In this document: positions 1 through 11,200 of the stretch, one piece after another | Position numbering within the stretch: the first letter of the stretch is position 1 | How the letters are laid out: every line of letters begins with the position of its first letter | Virus record (IMG/VR): IMGVR_UViG_3300045988_062804 | Direction: 5' to 3' (one strand) | Length of the DNA stretch: 64,000 nt | DNA from: a virus | The notes under the pieces: model-generated | Told to the model about the DNA's origin: nothing | Seen by the model: only the letters and a program-made list of their open reading frames with translations | Database searches by the model: none | Translations under genes and position numbers: made by a program

Positions 1-2198
1 GTGGTAATCCAGTTGCAGAATTTACTATTGGGGTTCTTCCTGGTGAATTTACCTTAGATAACTGGGTTCAGAACTATGTTGGAGAGGATAAGAACATCAG
101 GTCTAAATGGCAGAGGTTAAGTAAGCTACTTGCTGATGGTAACGAGGTGGCTAAGAATGCTAGACGTACAGTGTACATCCCATTAGGAACTGACTTTGCA
201 TTAGGTCCTAATATTATTTCTAACACTAAGATTAGTAAGGTAAATGAACTTGGTCAAGACATTGACAAGTTTGGAGGGAATGTTAGAAGGACTCCATTTA
301 GTGAGTTCAAGAACGCCAAATCAAGAATAGTATCTGATGTCTTCATTATGACTAATGTAGGTGTTGATAACGATTTCTATGATAAGTCATTATCAGGTAA
401 GGCGGTCACATTCGTAACCACCAAGAAGGACTTTACCTACAAAGGAATAAAAGCTCTGAATGACCCTAATATTCTTGCAGAAGCATGGATGGAGACAAGG
501 GGAAATAAAGATGCTGACAAGTTAGACGAAGTGGTTAAGGTTGTTAAACTCGACCCAATAGGCGTCAACTTTGAGGAGTATATTAATGGAGTTAGTGCTT
601 TCAGAAGAGAGTTAGCTAATAAGACTGGCAATGCAAAGATGTTTAGTCCTCCAGGAAATAAATATACTGCTGCTCGTATCTTCATGAATTTGTTACAATT
701 TGACTTAGATTTAAAGACTGCCTTGGTTACTGGTCAAACAGTACATGGTGTATCTATTGTTGAAGGAGATAAGTTCAGATACGAAACTGGAAAGGTGGAC
801 ATACCTAGTAGTAGAGCAATAGAGCTAATTAGTAGCCTAGATTCAATGATGGCTTCTGCTGTTAATAGAATCTATGGTAAAAATGATGCTGAAAAGTTAG
901 CAACAACTAATGCAGAATGGGGACTTACTGGTGAAGTTTCTCAGGCAGCAATAGATAAGCTAAATAATGCTGTACTTAATAGGTTTGATAACTATCTTGA
1001 AAATTTGAAGAGCTATAAGGATGGAGAAATCTTAGCAGAGTTTGCTGACTCATACTCATTCACACTTGCTAAGTTATTCCATAATTACTTTGCAGAATTT
1101 AGAACAGACTCTAAGAATTATTCTTTAAGGACTGATGCTAAATCTCAGAACTTACTGAGAACTGTAACTAGGGTTCTTCAAAATTATGAGCAAAGTTCCT
1201 TTAAAGAGGGTATCTATTATACTCCTGTTTATAAGGGCAGTGCTGAAGGTGGTGGTTTAGCTACGTCAATGGCATACCCCGCTATTAATATGGTTAACAA
1301 CTTTACGGTGGATGTGGAAGCACAGACTCCAGATTTTGTTATCACTGGTGAAGCTTTGCAAAGGCTTGCAAATGGTATTGAACAATATATGTCTAGTAAA
1401 CCAACTCTAAGACCAGTAGAACAGAATTATACTATGGATAATGCTAAAGCTGTTTTAGCTGCCAAAGCTAAGTTCGAGTATGATGAACAGTTCAAGGGAG
1501 TGTTTGAGATGGCTTCTGACATAGTTGCTAAGTCAATACCAACAAATAAACCAGCTCTTGATAAGGACATTGCAAACTCAATTTATACTACTATTAAGAG
1601 GATGGTAGCTGACAGGAAAGAGGGTCTGGTAGATTCTAATACTGAAGGTTTCATTCTTAGTGTACAAGGAAATCTTACTCCACAAGGTAGTATGCAACTG
1701 AAGTTTAACACACTCGGAGGAGTACTAAGAGGATTACTTAATCAGCCAGTAACTAACATTAGTGTTGATGGAAGTGAAGGTAGTGCTTTGTATTCTGGAA
1801 AATTTGAGGTAAATTTGCAACCATATCAATGGACAATGGATAGTACAGGTAAGGTTACTTACAGTGAAATCCAAAATCCAGCTACTGATGAAAGTCAAAA
1901 AGCTGAGAACTTAGCAAAGCTTGAAGCTGAGACACAAAAGTTGGAGGCAAGAAAAGAGAAAATACTTAATGAGCTAGTTAAAGGTGTCAGTGCACCATTA
2001 GTTCCCAAAATAAAGGAAGGTATAAATATACTACTTTCTGGAGATTTAGGTACTAAGGAATACACTAGAGCTAAGGTACTAGTTGCTAAAGCATTCTCCA
2101 TGGCTCCGTCCAACTTAAAGAGTGAATGGGATTCATTGTTATCAGATTATGCTAATAACAAGGATGCCATAAATAACATATTAGGAACTTGTAATTAA
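1..2198 (+). CDS. Large protein of the virion-RNAP operon, function unknown, 5'-truncated by the window edge
   Basis: The ORF track starts this gene at GTG 147. The same frame (codons phased from nt 3) is open to the window start (GNPVAEFTIGVLPGEF...), so the gene begins upstream of the window. It ends at TAA 2196-2198. There is a C-terminal coiled-coil-like stretch (ESQKAENLAKLEAETQKLEARKEKILNEL). The only Cys in >730 visible residues is penultimate (..LGTCN*). It is co-directional with the RNAP gene and only 10 nt upstream of it. Confidence 0.8.
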   Translation, partial: GNPVAEFTIGVLPGEFTLDNWVQNYVGEDKNIRSKWQRLSKLLADGNEVAKNARRTVYIPLGTDFALGPNIISNTKISKVNELGQDIDKFGGNVRRTPFSEFKNAKSRIVSDVFIMTNVGVDNDFYDKSLSGKAVTFVTTKKDFTYKGIKALNDPNILAEAWMETRGNKDADKLDEVVKVVKLDPIGVNFEEYINGVSAFRRELANKTGNAKMFSPPGNKYTAARIFMNLLQFDLDLKTALVTGQTVHGVSIVEGDKFRYETGKVDIPSSRAIELISSLDSMMASAVNRIYGKNDAEKLATTNAEWGLTGEVSQAAIDKLNNAVLNRFDNYLENLKSYKDGEILAEFADSYSFTLAKLFHNYFAEFRTDSKNYSLRTDAKSQNLLRTVTRVLQNYEQSSFKEGIYYTPVYKGSAEGGGLATSMAYPAINMVNNFTVDVEAQTPDFVITGEALQRLANGIEQYMSSKPTLRPVEQNYTMDNAKAVLAAKAKFEYDEQFKGVFEMASDIVAKSIPTNKPALDKDIANSIYTTIKRMVADRKEGLVDSNTEGFILSVQGNLTPQGSMQLKFNTLGGVLRGLLNQPVTNISVDGSEGSALYSGKFEVNLQPYQWTMDSTGKVTYSEIQNPATDESQKAENLAKLEAETQKLEARKEKILNELVKGVSAPLVPKIKEGINILLSGDLGTKEYTRAKVLVAKAFSMAPSNLKSEWDSLLSDYANNKDAINNILGTCN

Positions 2199-2208
2199 AC
2201 AAAGAATT

Positions 2209-5200
2209 ATGCGTTGTATTGTTACTAATGACAAAAAAGAGATTATTATTGATTCGTTAAACAGTGTCTTCAATGATGCTGAATTGATAACCTTAGAGGC
2301 TAAGTTCAAGAGACTGGGGGAAGACCTTTCCCCTACTCTTGTCTTAGACGATGAGCGTTCTATAAGTGTAATATCAGACATCATCAATGAGTGGATTCCT
2401 GAAGCTAGAGATGTGGCTGAGTTGTTTGAAGATAATGTCCAACTAGCTCTATTAACTGAGTTAGAAGAAACAAAGGATTTACGAATTACTGACCTTAGAA
2501 AGGCAGGTGTAGCTCCAGCTAATAAGGCTGCTGCTAATTTAAACATGGACATTAAGGAAGAGTCTTTAATTGATTATCAAGAAAAGATTACTTCTTCTAC
2601 TATCAATAACCTATATAGAAGTGCTCAACAGCCTCGAAATCTAATGCAAGATGAGCTAAGACGTAGTGTTATATCATCATTCCTTGTAGATTTTAAAGAG
2701 GGACGAATAGTTAGAAGTTCTCAGGAATTTAATAAGAACCTAGCCGCTTTATTTAATAGGTTGCTGACAGATTTAAAGATATATGCAGAAGAGGCTAAAG
2801 TCGATTTCGACAATTCTCTACTGTTATATGACGAAGATGGTAAATATACTGGACAGTTCTCAGTTGTACAAAAGTTGGCTGATACTCTCTTTGGTGATAA
2901 GTTTAATGCTACATACCTTAATCATCTATATGCTACAAGAACAAGTAGCTTTAAGAGTTCTAAGGCATTAAGAGCATATAACTCGTATGTAATACTAAAT
3001 AACTTTGATACATTGTTAAAGACCTTACTTGGTAAGACTATAACTATTGACCAAAGATATGTAGACTCTTTTACTGATGTAGAAAATGACAAGTATAAAT
3101 TGCTTGACAATTCTAACCTAGTAAAGACATGGAGAAGTTCTGACGATGTAGATGCTTTATCTGAAATGGGTAACATCACTAAGATATTGGTAGAACAAAC
3201 TCCTGTATTACATTATTCAACTGGAGAGAATAAATTTAACAACTATTTGGAGGTAAAGGACTTTACCTATGTCTTCAACAAACTTAAGAACATTCCAATC
3301 TTCTCTGAGATAGTAAACAAAATTAGGTTTGCACCTAACAAGTTTATCCCAGAATTGATTGATACCGCACTTAAAACTAACACTAGGGGATTAACTGCTC
3401 ATGATAAGGACATTATATTCTCAGTACAAAGAAGGTTCTATAAGAACAACTTTGATGTTTATGGAGACTCTGAGTATTCTCTAACAGAGATTATCAACAA
3501 AGAGTATGCAGAAGGTAGTGATAGTGTTCTTAGTCAGAACTTAGTTGATTTTATATCTGGCATGATTGATAAGACTGTGTCTACTAATTATATTGGGTAT
3601 AGACCATCTGACTCTGGTAACATAGAGATATTTGATGTTAAGGATAACAATCTTAATAGTCATAAGTTGATTATTGAGAAAGGTATCAATAATATCAATA
3701 ACACTCTATCAACTGAGTATAGGAAAGACTTACTTGATAAGTATTCAGTTAGAAGAAATGGGGCTAAACTTAGTATTAGAATCCCAGGATATACTACTAA
3801 GAACGGTCATACACTACATATTGTTCATGCTAATAATAGCAGTAGAGGAATATCTGTGTTTACTGTTGATTCTAACAGAAATCAATCTCCTTTATCTTTA
3901 AATGAAATGGACCGCATGGTTGCTGAGGGAGATACAGACCTTGTAAGAGCTTTAACTGAGTTCTTAGATGACACCTTGTACCAATCACTTGGATTACAAC
4001 CCGAAATACTTGATGCTTTTAGAGAGATTGTAGAAGCTGGCTCTGATATAAGTGCTATAATGCAACTTGCTGCGTTAGGTGGGCGTTCTTTAATGCGTAA
4101 CCAAATAGAGAAGGAGTTAACAGATGGCACGATGGATAAGGCTTCTGTAGCTGAATGCTTCCCCGAAGCATATAGTAAGGAGACTACTCTATTCGACAAG
4201 AAAACTGGTTCACTAAAGACTGTAATAGCTGACCAAGCTAATATTGTAAGGGATTTAGCTAGGGCACGTATGTTAGTTAATGGTGAAGCTGCAAAGAGTA
4301 ATTCTCGTGACCTATCTGGTAACTCAATATCTAATAATGGTTTAACAAACCTTATTAATACTGCTAAGGTAAATTGGCTGGAAGCTAAACACCTTGCTGG
4401 ATATGGTTACAATGTAGCCTCATTAGGAAGTATCTTTGTTAAGAATCCTAACCTTATATTTGGTACTACTGTAAAGAAGGAAGCCCAAAGTAAGGATAGG
4501 TCTGTAACTAAGTCTAGTGCTAAGTTCTTCTCATCTGAAATTGCTCATAGTTCAGTTCTATATGACTTCTGGTCTGGATTCCTTAATAAGGATGGTGATA
4601 TGGCTGGTAAGTTCTATATTCAACCTACAGTATATTCAGATAAGTCGAGACATTATTTGATTGGAATTGATGGTATGCAAGTACTAACTCCAACATTTGA
4701 TGAGACTACTGGAGGTAATGTGGGAGGTAAGAGAATTACAGAATCTACTGCTGAGGATATTAGAAATGTTCACTATGCTTCTATGGCTCAGATGTACAGA
4801 GTTATGAGAACTAACTTGTTAGCTGACTATCAACAGACATTAGCTCCGATACTACCTATGTTGGGTATATCAAACATTACTACATTTAGTGATGCTGAGA
4901 GAGTGTTTGATGCTATCAATGCTAAGTATAAACTGAAGAAGGATGTAGAGTTCTTTAGGTCTAAAGGTATTCCAGTTAGTCCAGAGAATGAAGCTGAATA
5001 TCAGCAGATTATGCAGAGCCAGATGGCTTTAGCTAACTCTCCTCAAGACTTGTATATGTTACTTGCTAAGGAAGCTAATACTGAAGTTATTGACCAAATT
5101 CACTTCTCTGGTAAAGGCACTCTTGGAATTAATAAATTGTTAAAGCATTACTTTGAAATGTTCTTAGATGATGCTAAAACAAGAAGCATTTATAATGCTA

Positions 5201-8200
5201 AGGTTCTTAGAGAGAAGAAGAAATTTGCTAGAGACTTGCTCAATAACAATAAGTTCTTCTTATATGATAAGAGAGGTGAAATTGACCCTGTGTTGAATAA
5301 ATTCATACATGGTTCAAGCGAGTCTGAGAGGTATAGTATCTGGGCTGGTCCAGACTATGAATCTAAATGGGTAGACCCTGACACAGCTGAGATTATCATA
5401 GCTAAACTGGTTGACAAGAACGGTAAAGAAACGAGACTTACTAAGAACTCACTATTTGACCCTAAGGATTCTCAAGGTTTAATCCTTAATCCTTTGTTCG
5501 ATATGTTCTTTGAAGTTGACAATCTAATCTCAAGTAATTTCTTAACTTCTACTGTTGGTGGACCTTATGGTCATCCTCTTAAATCGAGGATTGATGCTAA
5601 TGCAGATGAAGTAACTAAGATTGAACAAGAGGAAGCTGCTCGTACATTGGCTCAGTTTAAGCGTATGGTTATCTATCCAGCAACTATGCATAACTACGTG
5701 CAGAACCAGTTTAATGGTATTCCGCCACAGTACAATGTTGCAACTATTAGAGATATGTCTGCTTCAGTGCATAACTTCTCTGGGGTTACATCTAAGGTGG
5801 ATGTTCAAGATGGTAGTGGTTGGGCTAATCCATTCATTGCTATATTAGAGAACTATTCTCTGAATGATGCTAAGGCTGGCGAGGATAAGAAGCCTATTGG
5901 TCATAGTATGAATCCTATGTACTTGTCTGAACTAGAGTTGAAGTATGCTTTGATGGACATCTATAATGAGCGTGTTAGAGACTCTGGAAAACCTGATAAT
6001 AAGGGCTTGAGATGGAAGAATATACTAAAGAAGATGACAGATAGACAATGGGATGTTCCTGTTGACTTAACTGTTGCCTTTAATGGTAAACCTATCAATA
6101 TAGCTGAGAATATACAGAACCCTTATTATAGAGACATAGTTACTGGTAAGTTCTATAAGATTACTGACATCAAGAGAACTGGTGATAACTTATATGACGT
6201 AACTCAAGTACAAGTTAACAAGATGGGTAACGTAATAGGTCAGCCAGAACTTAAAGGTGGAACTTCTCTTCTTATTGATACTAATTACAAGCTATGGGAA
6301 GCCTTTGGTGGAGAATGGTCTTGTGATTTAACTGATTTAGGATTATTCGAAGGTAACTCTTCTATTGAAGCAGTAGCTTGGTATATGAATAACATTGGTG
6401 TAGTAAGAAGTAAAGAAAACTCAGAAATCTATGGAACAGACTTTAAGCAGGAACTTTATACATTCGGAGAGGATTATGAAGAACTTCCTTCTGAAAGTGA
6501 AATCAGAAATCCTGATGGAACATTCACTGACTTTGCTAATCTGTCCCAGATTGAGGTGTATCAGCCTCTAAAGCATTCTGATATTCACTATCTGGTTAAT
6601 ACTAGTGGTGCTAAATGCGGTGCTACTAATATCAATCCTACAAGTTCTTGGTTTGACGATACTCCATTAAGAAGCTTTAAGATGTCTACTAGACACTTAG
6701 GCATTCAGATGGATGCTGACCACCACGCTGACGATTCAGAATTAACTGAGATGTCCCAGGTAATATCTTCATTAGAAGCCAATGGTTATACTCATCATAT
6801 TGCTAAGGAAGCATACCATGATTTAGGTTCTATTGTATATTCTACAATGAAGCGAGAGATTGATGCTGTAGCTGAGTATTATAAGATGGGTGATTCAAGA
6901 GAAATTTATAACATTGTAGGTAAGTCATTCTTAAAATCATTTGATGATAGTTCTAGCAATAAGGCTAGCTTAGCTGAAGCTATTATCTATAACATGAAGA
7001 AGGAGCTTAGTAAGTATCTAAAGATTTCAGAAGCTGATGTTAAACTACCATTTAGTGATAATAACCTATTAGGTGCTGTTATCTCTAGTGTAACTTCTAT
7101 GATTAATAAGAATGCTATCAAGAGAAAGTATCCAGGTATTGCATCTGTATTGATTCCATCACATGGTGCTATTCAAATCTATAAGGCTAATGGAATTGAC
7201 TATACTTATGGTCAAGCTCAGTTATCTAAAGTAGACTTTAATCATCAATTCAATATACAACCTATTATACCTATCACTGATATTGAGTTTGGTGAGAGTT
7301 ATGTAGTTGTTGAAGGTACTCAGGGCTATCCAGTTGATGTAAATGGTGTAGTTCCAGAAGGTGCTTCTATGTGGGATGGTGATATGCACAATGAAAGTCA
7401 GTTTAACCTTAATGTTCCTGGAGTTCAACACATTACTGTTGATTCTATTGAAAAGTATAATGAACTAAGGAATGATACTTCTGGTAGGTTAGTTAAGCGC
7501 AATCCTTATAAAGGACGTGACTTACAACCTTCCCGTACTCTGTTTAAGATTGGAGGTAGACAATATAGTATATTTGATTCTGATTCTATCAAGTCCAGAT
7601 ATGCTGTAGAGAAAGCCTTTGATAAAGGTGGAGTAATTGACTTAGCTAAGAGTGGCGATATTGATGCTGCTATTGAAATACTTAGAGGCTTTAGAGTCCC
7701 TAATGATTTGGTTGGAACTAAACTAAACGAGTTAGCAAATAAGCTAGCTAATAAGGACTTCTGGAGAATTAGTAACCTGGTTGATGATATTAAGAACCTG
7801 TATAGGGATGATGTTATCAACACATTCAAAAGGTTGTCTGCTGATGGCACTGTCATTATCAACGACGAAGTTAAAACTATCGACCCAGAATCCTTAGAGA
7901 TTAAGGAAGCTGAGTTAGTATTACCTAAAATCTATGCAACAAAGTTTGGTTTAAGAAGAGGTGACTCTCTGAATGATATAATGAAGAATGAAAACTTCTT
8001 CTATAACAGAATTATTGATGCATGGAATGATAAGACTACTAAGTATGATATTGCTCTGAAAAGAGCTAATGGTAATCATACCTATATTATTCTTAAGAGT
8101 GGAGGTAATGCTAAGGTTGTAGAAGGTTTACAGAAAGTAAATGTAAACACTATAGTCGAAGATGGTGAGAATACTCTAAGGGTTAATAACAAGGGTGAAA

Positions 8201-11200
8201 TCGAAGGTCCTCTAAACGATGCTGAGGTTTATGTTGATAGTAGAGGTAACGAAATTATCTTTACTGACAATGTTAAGCAGTTCTTAGAGGAACAGTACGA
8301 TGACTATGATGATGTAGAACTAAACTCTAGGTTAAAGGAAGGTACTCTAAATGCTGCATTCGATGTGGTTAAGGGTATTGACCATAAACTTACTGAGCAG
8401 TACAAGGAAATAGCTCTTCGTATGGAGAACAATGAGTCTGTAACTCTTAAACTTGCTCTGCAAGAGAAGAACACTCACCTTGATAGAATGTTTAGGCGTC
8501 TATCAAGAGAGAAGAGAACCTCATTCTTGAAATCTCTTGAGTTCATTGCAGCTCGTATTCCAGCTCAGTCCATGCAGTCATTCATGCCTATGAAGGTAGT
8601 TGCATTCTCTGAATCAGAGAAGAATATTGCTTATGTATCACACTGGCAGATTTGGTTGCAAGGTTCTGACTTTGATATTGATAAGGTATATCTAATGGGT
8701 TCCGAGTTCTCAGATAATGGTAAGTATATTGGATGGTCTCCTTATTTCAATCTATATTCTGATGAAGTAAGAAAGGCTTCTGAATTATTACCTATGCCGA
8801 GTGGTAAAGAATATCAGGTATTCTATCCTGATGTTCAACCAGAAGACTCATTTGATATTACTCAATTAGTTAAGAATGTTAACTTAGCAGCTAGTGATAA
8901 ACTTGGCACTAATACCAAGAGATTCATTATTGCATTGGCAGACTTACTAAAGGGTATCAGAGACAGTGGTTATACTAAGTTATGGTTAGACCCAAAGAGT
9001 ATTATTGAAGCTAACTGGATGAACTTAGATACTGTAGAGAAGAGAATTAACAGACATTCTTTATATCTATCTAAGATTAAGTCACCTGATAGGATTATTT
9101 CTATGATGAAGAACTCAGTTTCATCTAAGATTTATCGTATTATCAATGACCCAGCTAATATGGTTTCAGCTTATTCTCCGATTGAGATGAATGAGCCTCA
9201 AGCAGCAGCAGAATTATCTGAATCAGGTAAGGAAGCTAAGGAGTATACTCTGGGAAATCCATTTGTTAAGTGGAATATGCAATATCAGAATATGACTGGT
9301 AAGGATGTTATTGGTATTGCAGCTGTTGGTGAGAAGGTTTTCTTTGCATTATCTTACTATTATAATGAAGCTGCTAGAAGTGGTAACATGGAATGGCAGG
9401 AGAATGCATATTTTAGAAGGTCATTCAAGCTGATTAAGTCAAGGGATGGTAAGAAGTACCTTCCATTAGTAAGAAACATTATTGCTAATGTAAACTTTGA
9501 TGGCGTTGATACTTCTAAGGTTCTTTGGAACTCTATGATTGAACAACAATCTGGAGTTAGCATGGAAGACGCTGGTAAGAAGTATACTGAGGAGGAAGTG
9601 GCTTACATACGTGAACAGTTGTTAAGTCAGCTTGGAAGTCAAAAGGATGCATCATTAGTTATTTCAGCTCTGTTATCAGCAGCAACTGATAATGCTAAGG
9701 AGTTGATTTTAGCTAAGATTAATTCTGGTTCAGATTTAGCTTCCGTATATCTATATTCAATTATGTTGGGTATTGATTTTAAGGACATAGCTAATCTTAT
9801 GATTTCTAATACAGTTCAGACTATAGCTAAGTTAAACAAGACCAATATCTTTGATGAGTATAACCAGAGTTCAACTATTGACAGTGTGTTTAATAAGTTG
9901 GAGAATGGGTTACAAATCAAGAATTACTTGAATAAGTTTGAAGGTCTTAATGAAGCTATTGCAGCTGTTTATCCTAAAGCTGGAGGTAAATCTACTCAAG
10001 CTGCACTAACTGAAATATTCAAACAGGATAATAGGTTAGAGTTGCTCAAGAAGTTGCGAGAAGAGTTCAAGACAACTGAAATCTATAAGAACAATGGTTT
10101 CCCTAAGTTCAACCTAATGAGATTTATGAGTGATTTTGAAGAATTAGCTGTAATGGCTGACTCAATCTTTAAGAATGAGTTAAGTAGAACAGAGTATTAT
10201 ACCTTCAAGAGAATTTATAAGCTAGCTCAAGAGGTTAAGCAGTTAGGTTCTATCCTAAGTGCAAATCAGGGACTGCAGACCAATATGTTTGATAAGTTTG
10301 GTTATCTTGATAGAATCGAGCAGGCTGTAAAGGATAGAGTAGAGGAGTATGTAACTGGTGCTGGGGATAATAGGGATGTTAGTATCTTTAAAATCCTTGA
10401 AGATAAACCATATCTTGAGAAGCTACATGGCGGTAAGGAGGGTGCTAAGACATATGTCGAAAGCATTGTTAGAGCAGCTAAAACAGAAGGAATGATTGAT
10501 GACTTTAATACATTAAGGTTCTTAAATGACGATGAATATAGAAGACTTGCAGTTTCTTTCTATAATCTAATCAAGGGAACTATCAATGTGTTAGATGTTA
10601 TTACTAGAGTTCCTCACTTTAGAGCAACTATTGATATGGCAGCTACAGACTTTGGTATATTTGATGCTATTAGTGCTAAGTTTACTAACGTTTATAATCT
10701 ATCTAAACTCCTAATTAGGAATGTATATAATGTCTCTTCTAGTAAGGATAGGGATTCTATATATAGGAATGTTGGTAACTTCCTGGATAGTGTTATAAAT
10801 ACTAAGTGGTTCAAAGACAGAGGTACTTCATTTACTATAGCTGAATGTGATAGATACTTTGATAAGTATGGACACACCCATCAAGCTACAGGTAATGAGG
10901 TTATAGATTTGGGTACTGGTCATGGTCAGGCTACTTTCAAAATGTGGTTTGAGAATACAGTAGTTCCAAGTCTCAAGAGGGGTCTTCAAGAGAAGAATGG
11001 AGAGAGAAAACTATCGCTTGCCAGAAACAAGTTTATAAGTGCTCTTCAGTTATCTATCTCTGATAGAACTCTTACTCGTGATGTAAGCTACGCATGGACA
11101 CTTCCTATGAATATGTCAAGCATTAACTCTATTACCGAAATGAACAACTATGTAGAATATTTAACTCACTTTGATGAGTTGGATAAATATACGTTCAATG

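Noticed and set aside
147-149. GTG at 147 given as the start of the first ORF
   Set aside because: The reading frame is open from nt 3 to 146 with protein-like sequence, so the gene simply enters the window from the left. The GTG is an artefact of ORF calling.
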